Below are positions 38,136 to 49,900 of a stretch of 64,000 nucleotides of DNA, in pieces; the stretch's first letter is position 1; each line of letters opens with the position of its first letter. Source of the DNA: Alienimonas californiensis (GTDB lineage: Bacteria > Planctomycetota > Planctomycetia > Planctomycetales > Planctomycetaceae); assembly GCF_007743815.1 (NCBI RefSeq), contig NZ_CP036265.1:4149059-4213058 (forward strand), read 5' to 3'. Under the pieces are notes generated by a model. It made no database searches and was not told the DNA's origin. It saw only the letters and a program-made list of their open reading frames with translations. Both the position numbers and the translations under genes were made by a program.

Positions 38136-39446
38136 GTGAAAATTGCGATGATCGGGACCGGCTACGTCGGCCTCGTCACGGGCACCTGTTTCGCCGAGAG
38201 CGGCAACGGCGTGACCTGTCTGGACATCGATGAGAAGAAGGTCGCGGGCCTGAACCAGGGCGTCATCCCGATCTACGAGCCCGGCCTGACGGAACTGGTC
38301 AAGCGGAACCACGCCGCCGGTCGGCTGAAGTTCACCACCGATCCCGACGCCGCCATTCCAACGGCGAAGTGCGTGTTCATCGGCGTTGGCACCCCGCAGG
38401 GGGACGACGGCCGGGCGAACCTGTCCGCCCTGTTCGGCTGCGTCGAGACCATCGCCCCGCGGCTGGCGAAGGACGCGATCGTCGTGATCAAGTCGACGGT
38501 GCCTGTCGGCACGAACCGTAAGGTCGCCGCCCGCCTGAAGGAGCTGACCGGCCGCGACGTGGATGTCGCCAGCAACCCGGAGTTCCTGAAGGAAGGAGCC
38601 GCCGTCGACGACTTCACCAAGCCGGACCGCGTGGTCGTCGGCACATTGCGGCCCGAGGTGACGGAGGTCCTGCACGACCTCTACCGCCCCTTCCTCCGCA
38701 CCGAACGGCCCTTCCTGTCCATGGGTTGGGAGAGCGCGGAGATGACCAAGTACGTCGCCAACTGCCTGCTGGCGACGAAGATCAGCTTCATCAACGAGAT
38801 GGCGAACCTCTGCGAACGCGTCGGCGCCGACGTGAACAGCGTCCGCCGGGGCATCGGACACGATCAGCGGATCGGGTTCTCTTTCCTGTTCCCCGGCGTC
38901 GGCTACGGCGGGAGCTGCTTCCCCAAGGACGTGCGGGCCCTGATGCGGGTCGCCGAGGACACCGGCGTGGAGCCCCGCATCCTCGCCGCGGTGGACGAAG
39001 TGAACGACCGCCAGAAGCATGTCCTGTTCGAGAAGGTGAAGCGGCATCTCGGCGACGACCTGTCCGGTAAGACCGTCGCCGTGTGGGGCCTCGCCTTCAA
39101 ACCCCGCACCGACGATATCCGCGAGGCCCCGGCGCTGGTGCTGATCGACGCACTGCTGAAGGCCGGCGCCACCGTGCAGGTGCACGACCCGGTCGCCGAG
39201 GAGAACGTGCGGGAGCAGTACGGCGACAAGCTGATCTACGGCGAGCACCACTACGACGCCGCCCGCGGCGCCGACCTGCTCTGCATCTGCACGGAGTGGA
39301 ACGAGTTCCGCAACCCGGACCTCGACTTCCTCAAGCACACGATGAACGCCCCGGTGATCCTCGACGGCCGGAACCTATTCGACCCCGCCGACATGGCCGA
39401 AGCCGGCTTCACCTACGAGGGCATCGGCCTGTCCGCCGGGGGGTGA
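38136..39446 (+). CDS. ugd: UDP-glucose 6-dehydrogenase family (nucleotide-sugar dehydrogenase)
   Basis: [23 protein letters not shown]-binding start; GGSCFPKDV catalytic Cys motif; full three-domain length. GTG start. Confidence 0.9.
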   Translation: MKIAMIGTGYVGLVTGTCFAESGNGVTCLDIDEKKVAGLNQGVIPIYEPGLTELVKRNHAAGRLKFTTDPDAAIPTAKCVFIGVGTPQGDDGRANLSALFGCVETIAPRLAKDAIVVIKSTVPVGTNRKVAARLKELTGRDVDVASNPEFLKEGAAVDDFTKPDRVVVGTLRPEVTEVLHDLYRPFLRTERPFLSMGWESAEMTKYVANCLLATKISFINEMANLCERVGADVNSVRRGIGHDQRIGFSFLFPGVGYGGSCFPKDVRALMRVAEDTGVEPRILAAVDEVNDRQKHVLFEKVKRHLGDDLSGKTVAVWGLAFKPRTDDIREAPALVLIDALLKAGATVQVHDPVAEENVREQYGDKLIYGEHHYDAARGADLLCICTEWNEFRNPDLDFLKHTMNAPVILDGRNLFDPADMAEAGFTYEGIGLSAGG

Positions 39447-39562
39447 GGGAATGGCGGATAGGCAATTTCGGAGGTGGGATGTTTGAGCGCCGGACTGGAC
39501 CTTCGCGGGTCGGCGCCGGATTCTGCTCGTCTCCATTCAACATCCCCCATCCGAAATCCCAA

Positions 39563-40676
39563 ATGGACCAGGACCTCTCCGCCCGCGCCGACGCGGTGTT
39601 CGCTCGCATTACCAACTTGAAGGACTCTCTTTGACCACGCGGCCCTGACCGCGTCCGTCGAAGAGATCAATGCGGAGATGTCGGCCCCGACCTTCTGGGA
39701 CGACCAGGAGTCGGCACAGAAGGTCGTCAAACGGCTGTCGAACGTGCAGGGCGTGCTCAAGCCCCTGGACGAACTGCTGGCGTTGCGCGGCGACGCGGAG
39801 GCGTACCTCGAACTCGCCGCGGAGGACCCGGCCGAGGCCAAAGCCCTCGCCGGCGACCTGCGGAACATGATCGCCGAGATGGAGCGGAAGCTCGACGCGA
39901 TGGAGCTTCGGCAGGTGATGAGCGCCCCGGAGGACCGCTGCGACGCCTTCGTCCAAATCCAGGCCGGCGAGGGCGGCACCGACGCCGCCGACTGGGCCGC
40001 GATGCTGCTGCGCATGTACCAGCGCTGGGGCGAGCGCGAGGACTATAAGGTCGAGCTGGTGGAGTCTTCCGAGGCGGAAGAAGCTGGCATCCGCAGCGCC
40101 ACGCTCCGCATCGTCGGCGATCACGCCTTCGGGTACCTGAAGGGGGAAAGCGGCCAGCACCGGCTGATCCGCATCAGCCCGTTCGACGGCGCCGGCCGTC
40201 GGCAGACCAGCTTCGCCGCCGTGGACGTCACCCCGGACCTCGGCGACGAAATCCTGATCGAGGTCGACTACGCCAAGGACGTGCGTGAGGACACGATGCG
40301 TTCCAGCGGGGCCGGCGGCCAGCACGTCAACAAGACCGAATCCGCGATTCGCCTGACGCACCTCCCCACCGGCGTGGTGACGCAGTGCCAAAGCCAACGC
40401 AGTCAGCACCAGAACCGGGCCCAGGCTCGCAAGATGCTGGAATCGAAGCTGTACCAGATCCAAGTCGAAAAGCGGGAAGCCGACAACGCCGCCCGCCGCG
40501 GCGAGAAGAGCAAGATCGGCTTCGGCGGCGAAACGATCCGCAACTACGTCCTGCACCCGGACCGCTTCGCCAAGGACACCCGCACCAACTACCGGTCCAC
40601 CAACCCGGACGCGGTGATCGACGGCGACCTGCAACCCTTCATCGATTCCTACCTGCGTTGGAGCATTGGGGAATGA
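39563..40676 (+). CDS. prfB: Peptide chain release factor 2, requiring the programmed +1 frameshift (join 39563..39631, 39633..40676)
   Basis: Frame 0 gives [23 protein letters not shown] then UGA within CUU UGA C at 39629-39635. The +1 frame continues [16 protein letters not shown]... through the SPF motif ([18 protein letters not shown]) and GGQ ([13 protein letters not shown]). Confidence 0.9.
39620..39640 (+). promoter_or_regulatory. RF2 autoregulatory +1 frameshift site (AAGGAC UCU CUU UGA C)
   Basis: CUU UGA C shifty codon/stop context with a weak internal SD-like AAGGA a few nt upstream, as in the canonical prfB site. Confidence 0.8.
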
Positions 40677-41560
40677 CCATTTCTCTCAGAGGCACGACCC
40701 TCGCTTGCGGTTTCGCGGGCGCCCTGTTGTTCACCCTCGCCGGCTGCGGCGTGGAGCGGGAAGAGACTGTCTCGATCGTCGCTGAACCGTCGGAGGAGCC
40801 GGACGACGCCCCGATCTTCGAGCCGGTCGAAGCCCCCGAAGCCGCGGGCTCGGAGATCGATCGGGTGTTGGCCGCCGAGCAGACGCCGCTGCCCGCGGAC
40901 GCCGACGGGATCGTGCAGCCGGTCCCCGAGGCCGCGATCGCCGAAGGCGCCGTGGCCGTGCTGAAGGATGGGGATGTGATCGAGTTTCGCCCCGAACCAA
41001 CCCCCCTCGACCTCGCCTCCTTCACCCCCGTTGACGGCAGCAAAGCCGAGACGACGCTCGAGGACGGCGTGCTCCGCATCAAGGGCGGGCTGGGCTTCAT
41101 GCGGAGCGAAAAGCAGTACGGCGACTTCATCCTGCAGGCCGAGGTGAAGCTGAACTCGCCGGACAGTAACTCCGGCATCTTCTTCCGCACGATGGAGCCG
41201 ACCGCGGAGGCGCCGTCCAACGGCTACGAGATGCAGCTGCAAAACACCCTCGGCCCTGGCGGCCGCACCGACCCGGACGACTACGGCGACGGCTTCGGCA
41301 CCGGCGGCATCTTCCGTCAGCAGGCCGCCCGCTACGTCAACGCGAACGACGGCGAGTGGTTCCACGTGACCCTCGTGGTGGTCGGCAACCGAATGGCGAC
41401 CTGGGTGAACGGCCTGCAGGTCACGGACTTCACCGACGAACGCGACCCGGACCCCAACCCCCGCAAAGGCCGCCGGGACGACGCCGGCTACCTCGTGTTG
41501 CAGGGCCACGACCCGACGACGGACGTCAGCTTCCGGAACCTGCGGATCCAGGAACTCTGA
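40673..41560 (+). CDS. DUF1080 (3-keto-disaccharide hydrolase-like) domain lipoprotein
   Basis: Lipobox LFTLAGCG. C-terminal [25 protein letters not shown]...GNSGIFFR...GYEMQL...[19 protein letters not shown]...GYLVLQGHD...VSFRNLRI is typical of DUF1080. ATG overlaps the prfB stop (ATGA). Confidence 0.75.
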   Translation: MTISLRGTTLACGFAGALLFTLAGCGVEREETVSIVAEPSEEPDDAPIFEPVEAPEAAGSEIDRVLAAEQTPLPADADGIVQPVPEAAIAEGAVAVLKDGDVIEFRPEPTPLDLASFTPVDGSKAETTLEDGVLRIKGGLGFMRSEKQYGDFILQAEVKLNSPDSNSGIFFRTMEPTAEAPSNGYEMQLQNTLGPGGRTDPDDYGDGFGTGGIFRQQAARYVNANDGEWFHVTLVVVGNRMATWVNGLQVTDFTDERDPDPNPRKGRRDDAGYLVLQGHDPTTDVSFRNLRIQEL

Positions 41561-42233
41561 GCCTAGGCGAGCGGGAGACGAGGTCCCACACGACCTCCGG
41601 CGGGTCCCACTTTCGCACGGTTGTTCCCAAGACGGACGCGTGCGTCCGGCTTGGGCTGGCGAAACCTGTCACGCCCACTCGCACCCGGTGCGGCGCCCGC
41701 AGCCGGGAGCGGGTGAGGGCCGCGTCCCGCCGGGCGTCCCAGGCGTCGAGGTCCCACAGTTCCCACTCGGGCCCGTCGCTCCCGCCGAGCAGGGTCTGCA
41801 CGGCCTCCCGGTAGGCCGCATCCGGGCTGAACGCCGCCAGCGGGCCGACGCCCGGCGGGGGGCAGGGCGCCGGGCGATCGTCCGCCAGCGGCCCCGGCGT
41901 CGGTTCTCCCCGGACGGCGACCAGAACCCGCCGGGCCGCCTCCGCCTCGCCGCAGCGGAGCGCGGCCGGCCACGGCGAGCCGGTCCGGGCCCCGCCGTTC
42001 GCCCACGCTCCACAGGCGACGACCCACGCCGACAGCGGAAATCGATCCAGCAGGCCCCGCACCGCCGCGGCGGACCATTCTTCCGGGAAACGCTCCACGG
42101 CGACGCAGACCGCCGGTTCCGCCCCCTCGCCGAGCCCCGCCACGAACCGCACCGCTTCCGAACGCCGCGCCGCCGCCCAGCGCCGCACGGCCCGCTCCGT
42201 GCCGAACACGGGAACGTCGACAGGTTCAGGCAT
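41526..42233 (-). CDS. Hypothetical protein
   Basis: ORF with moderately balanced composition; start lies just downstream of a family-1 repeat (42250-42278). No family recognised; the C-terminal third may be read-through. Confidence 0.3.
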   Translation of the reverse strand: MPEPVDVPVFGTERAVRRWAAARRSEAVRFVAGLGEGAEPAVCVAVERFPEEWSAAAVRGLLDRFPLSAWVVACGAWANGGARTGSPWPAALRCGEAEAARRVLVAVRGEPTPGPLADDRPAPCPPPGVGPLAAFSPDAAYREAVQTLLGGSDGPEWELWDLDAWDARRDAALTRSRLRAPHRVRVGVTGFASPSRTHASVLGTTVRKWDPPEVVWDLVSRSPRLRVPGSAGSGS

Positions 42234-42249
42234 GCGGAGCGGGGAACGA

Positions 42250-42278
42250 GGCGAGCGGGGGTATCAGCCCCCTGAGCG
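42250..42278. repeat. Family-1 palindromic element (ggcgagcgggggtatcagccccctgagcg), intergenic
   Basis: Lies between divergent gene starts. Confidence 0.7.
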
Positions 42279-42377
42279 TTGCGAGGGGCCAACGCCCGTT
42301 CCACCACGGGGCGGCCCGCCGGTCAAGGCGGGATTCGGTCTGGCCGGGGAGACCCTTCGGGTGCGAAAACCCGGTTC

Positions 42378-43574
42378 ATGCCGGCTCCCCCGCCCGAACT
42401 GGCCGCCCGTCTCGCCGCCCTCGACCGGCGTCTGGTCGAGCGTGCCCGGCGACTGGGCGGAGCGGTCCGCCGGTTGTCCGAGGTGCCGGCGGGGGACCTG
42501 CTCTGGCTCGACCGCCTGCACGCGGCCGGCGCCCTGACGGATTATCAGGTCGCCGCGCTGATCGAGGGCCGCGACGCCGAACTGCGGGTGGGCGAGTTCG
42601 TCGTGGCCGGGTCCCTCGGCGCCCGCACCCGCACGGCCGTCGGGGCTGCCGGCCCGGCTGTGCTGAAGCGGTGCGGAGTGCGAACGGAGGCGCTGGATCA
42701 CCTCGGCCGGGTGGCGGTCCCGCACGCGGCGATCGTCGTGCCGCACGCGGTGACGGGCGGCGCCGGGGAGGGCCAATGGGTCTGGACGCTGTCGGCGCCG
42801 GCGGCAGGGGGAACGCTCGCGGCTCGGCTTTCAGCCCGGGGGCGATTCACGGGGGAGGAGGCGTTGGCGCTGGCCCGCACGCTCGCCGGGGGGCTCGCCG
42901 CGGCGGAGGCGGCGGGGCTGATTCATGGGGAGATTCATGCCAAAAACGTGCGGCTGGGGCCGGCGGGGCCGGTCCTGGTCGACTGCGGCCTCGCCCCGCT
43001 ACTGCCGCCCCGCACGGCCGGCGACGGGGCCGGCGACGTCTCCCGCGGCGGTTGGGCGGAGCCGACGGACGGCCCGCCGACGTTCGGCACTGACGAAGAT
43101 CTGCGCGCGTTCGCCGCCCTGCTGTGGGGCGCCCTGACCGGTCGCCCGCCCTTCCTGCTGGCCCCGCGGCGGTTCGGCACCGTCGGCCTCGGCGGGCCGC
43201 CGCTGCCCCCGGTCGGCGATCTGGCCCCGGACGCCCCGGCGCCGCTGGTCGACCTAATCGACCGCCTCCTCGGCCACCTGTCCGCCGATGCCCGCTGGGA
43301 CGGACCGCCGGCCTCCTTCGCGGAGGTCGTGGAACGATTGCGGCCCGTGCGTCCGGCCTTCTCCCCAGTGCGGACCGCCGGCTGGGCGACCGCCTGCGGG
43401 TTCGCTCTGGCGGGCATCGTGGGCGCCGCGAGCGTCCCGGACCCGGCGGCGTCGCCGTCCGGACCGGCCGATGCGCCGGCGCCGATCGTGACGACCGAAC
43501 CGGCCGAATCGACGGCGCCGCCGTCGCCGGAGATCGACGCCGTTCCCCCCGTCCGCCGGGTCGCGGTTCCTTAG
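42378..43574 (+). CDS. Protein-kinase-like (probably catalytically degenerate) domain protein
   Basis: [27 protein letters not shown] resembles the kinase catalytic loop/DFG region (HRDxKxxN...DFGLA) but lacks the catalytic Asp and [15 protein letters not shown] resembles subdomain IX. Pro/Ala-rich C-terminus. Confidence 0.4.
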   Translation: MPAPPPELAARLAALDRRLVERARRLGGAVRRLSEVPAGDLLWLDRLHAAGALTDYQVAALIEGRDAELRVGEFVVAGSLGARTRTAVGAAGPAVLKRCGVRTEALDHLGRVAVPHAAIVVPHAVTGGAGEGQWVWTLSAPAAGGTLAARLSARGRFTGEEALALARTLAGGLAAAEAAGLIHGEIHAKNVRLGPAGPVLVDCGLAPLLPPRTAGDGAGDVSRGGWAEPTDGPPTFGTDEDLRAFAALLWGALTGRPPFLLAPRRFGTVGLGGPPLPPVGDLAPDAPAPLVDLIDRLLGHLSADARWDGPPASFAEVVERLRPVRPAFSPVRTAGWATACGFALAGIVGAASVPDPAASPSGPADAPAPIVTTEPAESTAPPSPEIDAVPPVRRVAVP

Positions 43575-43596
43575 ATCGGCCGGTAACGTCCGCGGC

Positions 43597-44598
43597 GTGC
43601 CGGACGCCTCGCCCACCGCAGCCGCTCCGGGGGCTCACGCCCCCGGCTCGCCCCTCGCCCCCGGTTCGCTTGCACCGCATGCGGAGCCGTGGGACCGGCG
43701 GCACCTCGTGGGGCTGGCGGGGATGAGCGGGGCGGAGATCACCGAGTTGCTCGATCAGGCGGTGGAGTTCCGCCGGCTCAGCGAAGCCCGGGACCTGCCG
43801 GCGCCGCTGGCGGGGGCGACCGTTGGCAATCTGTTCTTCGAAAACTCCACCCGCACCCGCAACAGTTTTCGCCTCGCAGCAAAGCGGTTGGGGGCGGAGA
43901 CAGTCGAGTTCACCGAGGTCGGCTCCAGCGTCGCCAAGGGGGAAACCGTCGCGGACACCGTCCGTACGATCGAGGCGTTGGGCGTCGATCTGATGGTCAT
44001 CCGCCACGGTTCCCCCGGGGTGCCGCACCGGCTCCGGGAGTTCGTCACCTGCGGCCTGCTGAACGCCGGCGACGGCACTCACGAACACCCCACCCAGGCC
44101 CTGATCGACCTGCTGAGCCTGCGGGATGAGATGGGGGATCTGGCGGGCAAGACCGTCACGGTCGTCGGCGACATCCTGCACAGCCGGGTGGCCCGGTCGA
44201 ACATCCACGGCCTGCGGGCCCTGGGCGCCCGGGTACTCGTCTGCGGGCCGTCCACCCTGCTGCCCCGCCATCTGCCGGGGGCGGAGTTCTTCACCGACCT
44301 CGACGAGGCCCTCGCCCAGAGCGACGCGGTGAACCTACTGCGGGTGCAGTTCGAGCGGCAACGCGGCGCGTTCTTCCCCAGCCCGGCGGAGTACTACCGC
44401 CTGTTCGGCATGACCCAGACGCGGCTGGACCGCAGCGGCCGCGACCCGTGGGTGCTGGCCCCGGGGCCGATCAACCGCGGCATCGAACTGAGCAGCGAGG
44501 TGGCCGACGGCCCACGCTCGCTGATTCTGAAGCAGGTCGCCAACGGCGTGTTCATCCGCATGGCCTGCTTGGCGACGCTGATGGAGGCACGGCGATGA
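43597..44598 (+). CDS. pyrB: Aspartate carbamoyltransferase catalytic subunit
   Basis: STRTR (carbamoyl-phosphate binding) and HPTQ motifs; [14 protein letters not shown]...HSRV. Start uncertain: a family-1 repeat (43625-43653) lies in-frame at the N-terminus ([15 protein letters not shown]), and conserved PyrB sequence begins at [18 protein letters not shown]. Confidence 0.85.
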   Translation: MPDASPTAAAPGAHAPGSPLAPGSLAPHAEPWDRRHLVGLAGMSGAEITELLDQAVEFRRLSEARDLPAPLAGATVGNLFFENSTRTRNSFRLAAKRLGAETVEFTEVGSSVAKGETVADTVRTIEALGVDLMVIRHGSPGVPHRLREFVTCGLLNAGDGTHEHPTQALIDLLSLRDEMGDLAGKTVTVVGDILHSRVARSNIHGLRALGARVLVCGPSTLLPRHLPGAEFFTDLDEALAQSDAVNLLRVQFERQRGAFFPSPAEYYRLFGMTQTRLDRSGRDPWVLAPGPINRGIELSSEVADGPRSLILKQVANGVFIRMACLATLMEARR

Positions 44599-45896
44599 GT
44601 TCCTCCCCGGCGAGCGGGGGGCGTCAGCCCCCCGAGTCCCCCGTCCTCCTCATCCGCGGCGGCCGGGTCATCGATCCCGCGTCGGGAACGGACGAGGTCC
44701 GTGACCTGTGGATCCGAGACGGTCACCTTGTCGACCCGCCGGGCGGCACGGCGGACGACACATTGAATGCGGCGGGGCTCGTCGTCTGCCCCGGGTTCGT
44801 CGAACCGCACGCGATCGCTCCCACGGCGGGCGTCGATCTGCGATTCGCCCGGCAGGCGTTGGCGGGCGGGTACACGACCGTCGCCGCGTTCGGCACCGCC
44901 CGCCGGGCGCGGGATTTCGGCGGGGCCTGTCCGCGACTGCTGCGGATTGCTCCACTAACGGTATCGGGCACCCGACGGCTGGCGGAACTGGGCGACGCCG
45001 CGGAGGTCGGCGCCGTGGCGTTCGGCGACGGGCCGGAGCCGCACGGCGATGCGGAACTACTCCGTCGCGGCCTGCTGTACGCCGCGATGCTGGACCGGCC
45101 GGTGTTCGACCTGCCGCGGGACGCGGCGCTGAGCGAGGGCGGCGTCGCCGCGGCGGGACAGGTCGCGGCGGAGCAGGGGCTGTTCGGCGTACCCGCGGCG
45201 GCGGAGCGGATCGCGGTGCACCGCGGCATCGAGCTGGCCCGGGCGACCGGCGGCCGACTGCATTTCACGGCTCTCTCGGACGGCGGAGCCGCGATCACGG
45301 TCGAGGCGTTCCGCGAGGAATCGCTCCAGCAACCGCCGCAGGTCTCCGCCGCGATCGTCACGGCCCATCTGCTCTGCGACGAACGGTCGCTCCGCGGGTT
45401 CGATCCCGCCGGGCGTGTGGATCCCCCGTTCCGCAGCGACGCGGACCGGCAGGTTCTGGTCGAACTGGCCCTGAATCAGGGAGTCGAAGGGCCGACGATC
45501 ACCGCCCTGACGGCCGGGCACCGGCCCGACCCGGGGCTGCTGGATCCGGTGGATCTGTTGGTCGCCCCGCCGGGGTTCGAAGCGTTCGAGACCGCCTTCG
45601 CCGCCGCGCTGACGGCGCTGGGCGTCGGCAGCCTGTCGGCACTGATCGAGCGGTTCACCACGGGGCCCGCGGCGATCCTGGGGCAGCCGGAGCCGGCGCT
45701 CGCCGTCGGGGCACCCGCCGATCTGGCGCTGTTCGATCCCGACGTGGAGGGCGTCTGCGATCCGGCGACGCTCGCCGTGCCGGTGGCCCGGACGCCGCTG
45801 GCCGGCCGCACGCTGCGGGGGCGGGTGACGCACACGATTCTGGGCGGCCGCGTGGTCTTCGAACGCGGCGGCTTTCCTGCCCCGCCGACTCGTTGA
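44595..45896 (+). CDS. Dihydroorotase-like amidohydrolase (PyrC'-type partner of PyrB)
   Basis: [15 protein letters not shown]...[16 protein letters not shown] pattern of the dihydroorotase/amidohydrolase N-terminus. ATG overlaps the pyrB stop (ATGA). A family-1 repeat is in-frame at residues about 5-14 ([10 protein letters not shown]). Confidence 0.7.
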   Translation: MSSSPASGGRQPPESPVLLIRGGRVIDPASGTDEVRDLWIRDGHLVDPPGGTADDTLNAAGLVVCPGFVEPHAIAPTAGVDLRFARQALAGGYTTVAAFGTARRARDFGGACPRLLRIAPLTVSGTRRLAELGDAAEVGAVAFGDGPEPHGDAELLRRGLLYAAMLDRPVFDLPRDAALSEGGVAAAGQVAAEQGLFGVPAAAERIAVHRGIELARATGGRLHFTALSDGGAAITVEAFREESLQQPPQVSAAIVTAHLLCDERSLRGFDPAGRVDPPFRSDADRQVLVELALNQGVEGPTITALTAGHRPDPGLLDPVDLLVAPPGFEAFETAFAAALTALGVGSLSALIERFTTGPAAILGQPEPALAVGAPADLALFDPDVEGVCDPATLAVPVARTPLAGRTLRGRVTHTILGGRVVFERGGFPAPPTR

Positions 45897-45948
45897 TCCC
45901 GGGCCGTCGACCCCTCCGGACCCGTCCGCCGGTTGACCCGCCGCGGGC

Positions 45949-46782
45949 TTGAGGCGGATGATCGCCGTTCCCCTCTCCCGTTTCGGTCGGCCCCGCATGC
46001 GCGTTCCCTGTGGTCTCCTGTTGGTTCTCGCCGCGGCGGGGTGCGGCGACGCCGAGTATCTGGCGGACTTCAAAGGCAACACGGTGCCGTATTACGCCCA
46101 GCGGCAGGCGCTGGACGCGGCGTTGGCGGCGCCGTGGCAGTACGCGGGGATCTCCCTGCGGACGCCGCGGGGGTTCTCCGCGGTCTCCCCGCCGCCCAAA
46201 CCGACCAAGGAGCAGTTGGAGGACGAGTTCTTCATCCCGCCGCCGGACCCGCGGCAGCCGACCTACCTGCTCGATCCGCTGCCGGGCCTGAAGGGGGCGT
46301 GGAAGGGGCCGCTGCCCCCGGCCGGTGAACAGGCCGGCCAACGGTGGCTGTACGTGCTGGACTCCCGCAATCTGGACGACGACCCGGTCGCCCCCAACCT
46401 GGACCCGGACCAGTTTGTGGAAGAGATCACGGATCGATTCGCCCGGGCGATGAACCTGCGCACGCCAGAGCCGCAGTCGTTCCAGTCGATGCCGTTTCCT
46501 CGGTCAGCGGCACCGTTCGCCCGGCCGGTGCAGTACAGCACTCCGCCAAAGCCGTTGATCGGCGAGTTCGGCGACGAGCAGATCCACCGCGTGGAGCTGT
46601 ACGTCTACGACTCGGGCGGCCGGAAAGTGATCGTGGCGCTGGTGATGCCGGAGGAGGCCATGATCGGCCCGGAGCTCGGCGAACCGCGCGACCTGATGCT
46701 GCAAACCCTCGAAGTGGGCATGCCCTCGGCGACGCCGCAGCCCGGCGGCGGCGGCGCCCCGGCCGGCGGCCCCGTCTTCTGA
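45949..46782 (+). CDS. Hypothetical lipoprotein (lipobox LVLAAAGCG)
   Basis: Signal peptide/lipobox and balanced composition. Alternative start at about 45997 (MRVPCGLLLVLAAAGC). Confidence 0.5.
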   Translation: MRRMIAVPLSRFGRPRMRVPCGLLLVLAAAGCGDAEYLADFKGNTVPYYAQRQALDAALAAPWQYAGISLRTPRGFSAVSPPPKPTKEQLEDEFFIPPPDPRQPTYLLDPLPGLKGAWKGPLPPAGEQAGQRWLYVLDSRNLDDDPVAPNLDPDQFVEEITDRFARAMNLRTPEPQSFQSMPFPRSAAPFARPVQYSTPPKPLIGEFGDEQIHRVELYVYDSGGRKVIVALVMPEEAMIGPELGEPRDLMLQTLEVGMPSATPQPGGGGAPAGGPVF

Positions 46783-46795
46783 GGACGCTCGAGCG

Positions 46796-46889
46796 GCGAG
46801 CCGGGGGCGTCAGCCCCCGGAGCGAACGGGCGTTTGACCTCGGAGCGAAACAGGGCGCGACCTCGGGGGGCTGACGCCCCCCGCTCGCC
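46796..46889. repeat. Family-1 inverted pair (GGCGAGCCGGGGGCGTCAGCCCCCGGAGCG ... CCTCGGGGGGCTGACGCCCCCCGCTCGCC), intergenic
   Basis: Between convergent gene ends (46782 and 46911). Confidence 0.8.
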
Positions 46890-46910
46890 TTAGCTTCGCT
46901 CGCCGTGGCC

Positions 46911-49900
46911 TCAGTCGCCGCCGCCGGAGCGGCTGATGCTGCGGCGGTAGGTCTGATAGAGATCCTCGAACTCCGGCGGCACCGGCAGGTCGCGCGGGCC
47001 GATCTCGCCCTGATCGGTGCCCTCGATCTGCGAACCTTCCCGCAACGCCTGCGCGTTGCGGCGGCGGTTGCCGAGCGATTCGAGGAGGGCGTCGAACTGC
47101 TTCTGCCGAGCGGCCTCCCGCGGGTCGGCGGGCTGCTGCGGGGCGTTGAGGCGCTCGCCGAGGCGGTCGGCAAACCGGCGCATCTGGTCCTCGGTCCAGC
47201 CGAGTTCCTTCAGCAGTTCCGGGTCGACCTCGCCGCGGTCGAGTTGGTCCCGCAGCTTGTCGAGGGCCAGCGAGGTGGCCCGCCGGGCGTAGTCGCGGTT
47301 GGCTTCGTCGACGGGCGTGTCCACGGAGGACCCGTCGGACGGATTCGCCCCGTTCGGTCCGCCGTTCGGGCTGCCGCCGCCGTTCCCCCCGCTCCCGGCC
47401 CCGGCGCCCTCGCCGGGCTGAGCTCCCTGACCCGGCTGCTCGCCGGCGCCCGGCTGCTGGCCCTGACCGGGCTGCTGGCCCTGACCGGGCTGCTGGCCCT
47501 GACCGGGCTGCTGGCCCTGACCGGGCTGCTGGCCCTGGCCCGGTTGGTTGCCCTGACCCGGTTGGTTGCCCTGACCCGGTTGGTTGCCCTGACCCGGTTG
47601 GTTGCCCTGTCCGGGCTGCTCGCCGGGCCCGGGCTGTTCGCCCTGGCCCGGTTCATTACCGCCCGGCTGGTCGCCCTCGCCGGGTTGTTCACCGCCGGGT
47701 TGTTGGCCGCCCGGCATACCGTCCTCGGAACGTTCACCTTCCGGCGGGCCGCCCTCAGGCGGGTCAGTTGGCTGACGTTCGCCGTCCTGCATCGAACGCT
47801 CGTTCGGCTCTTCGCCGGAGTCTGTGCCCTCGCCTGGCTGCGGTTCACCGGGCCGCCGCTCGCCCGGTTGCGGTTGGCCCGGTTGCGGTTGGCCCGGTTG
47901 CCGCTCACCGGGCTGTTCGGAGCCGCCGGGTTCGCCGGGGGCATTTTGGTTGCCGGCGGGGTCTCCGGGGGGCGGGTTGCCGGAGGGCGGCTGGTTCATC
48001 TCGCCGGCTGGCTCCCCCGGGTCGGTCCCTGAAGGGGGAGCACCCTCGCCGGGGGCGGCGTCCGCGGCGTCGGCCGGGTCGCCGGCGGTGCGGTCCGCGC
48101 CCTGTTCGCCGGCACCGTCGGCGGGGTCGGCGTTCGGGTTGTCGCCGCGGGGCTGATCGCCGGCGGGGCGTTGCTCGCCGGGCGCGCCGGGGTCGCCGGC
48201 GTTGGGATCGGCGCCCTCCGCGGTGGGGTTGCCGGCGTCACGGTTCTCGCCGGCCGGGCCGTTCTGGTCGGCGCCGGCGCCCATTTCGTTGGGGGCCTCG
48301 TCACCGGCCGAGCCCCCCGGGGCGGACTCGCCGCCGGGGCCGGCACCGCGTTCGTTCTCGGGCTGATCGCCGGGTTCGTTCATGCCGCCGCCGGCCTCCT
48401 GTTCTCCGCGTTCCTCGGCAGGGGAGGGGGCGTTCCCGTCCGCCTCACGCTCTCCCGAAGGCTGCTGGCCGCGCGGGGAATCGCCGGCGCCCGGCTGATT
48501 TTCGCCGCGATCTTCACCAGCACTGTCTTCGCCGGCCTCGGGGCGCTCGCCCGGTTGCGGTTGTTGGCCGCCCTCTTCGCCGGGCTGCCGCTCGCCGGGC
48601 TGCGGCTGTCCGTCCTGCGGCTCTTTGCCGAGCTGCTCGAGCATTTTTTCGAGGGCTTTGTCGTCCTCGGAGCCGTCCGCCCTGACCCGTTCGCCGGCCG
48701 AATCGCCTTGCTCGCCGGAGCGGTCGCCGCCGGGCTGCGCGTCCGCGTTCTGGTCGCCCTCGGCGTTGCCTTCGGCGCCGTTCTCGCCGGCGGCGCCCAT
48801 CTGGTTCTCGCCTTCGCCCTCGCCGTTTTCGCCGGCCTCGCCCTCGGCGCCCTGCTCGCCCTCGCCCTGCTCGCCCTCGCCCTGCTCGCCCTCGCCCTGC
48901 TCGCCCTCGCCCTGCTCGCCCTCGCCCTGCTCGCCCTCGCCCTGCTCGCCCTCGCCCTGCTCGCCGGGTTCCTGTTCCTGCTCTTCGCCCGGCTTGGGCG
49001 GCTCGTTCTCGTCGGCGTTCTCCGGGCGGTCTTGGCGTTCCTGCTCCGCCTGGCGTTCGCGGTCCTGTTTGAGCTGTTCCTCGGCCTGCTCCTCGGAGAC
49101 CGGCTCCGTGATCGTGATCGTCAGCCGCGGGGTGTTGCGGTGGTTGAAGAGCGGCGTTTGATTGTCGAGGGCCTCGATCCAGTAGGTGAGGACGTCGCCG
49201 GCTTCGACCTGCTCGTCGGTCAGATCCCAGTCGTGGGTGAGGGAGACGGCGCGCTCGGAACCTTCCCACAGCGGGATCTCCATCGCGGTCGGCTGGCCGT
49301 TCTTCTCCCGCCGCAAGGCGAGGGAGCTGAGCCGGAAGTCCGGGTCGCGGGCGGTGATTTTCAGCGGGACGGTCGCGTTCGCCGGGCGGGTGATGTCGCC
49401 TTCCGGGTCCAGCAGCGTGACCTCCGGGGCCTCGTCCGGGCGGACCGTGATCGGGTGGACGGTGGGGCGAGGATCTTTGAAGCCCTCGGCGTCAGTCACT
49501 TCGATCCGGTAGAAGGCCGGGGCGCTGCCGTCCCGACGCCGGGTGAGCGTCCAGGCGCCGGTGAGCGTCTTGCCGTCCTCGGAGACGGTCATCGTCGCCC
49601 TCTCGTCGGGGGCGTCGAAGGCGGCGTCGTCGGCGAAAGCGAGCGTCGCCCGCTTCACCGGCAGGGCGGCGGTCGCGGTGAACGTGGCGACCGTGCCCTC
49701 GACGGCGTCCACCGCGCCGGTCGACTGGGTGAAGGGTTCCAGCCGGGTGTATTCCGGGAAGGTCAGCGAAACCGACTGCAACTCCGCGTGCGGGGCGGGG
49801 GAGACGGTCACACGGAACGGCCCGGCCTCAGCGTCGCCGGCGGTGACGGTATAGGTCAGCGGGCCGGTCAGGCCGCGGCCCTCGGGTCCGGCGATGACGC

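Noticed and set aside
35792-39338. ORFs 35792..37897(-) and 37359..39338(-)
   Set aside because: Antisense to gyrA and ugd, both of which have unambiguous signatures.
47455-48965. Possible CRISPR array suggested by regular short repeats
   Set aside because: The repeats are perfect head-to-tail 18-nt tandems with no spacers. They lie inside a coding region and encode Gly/Gln/Pro/Glu peptide repeats.
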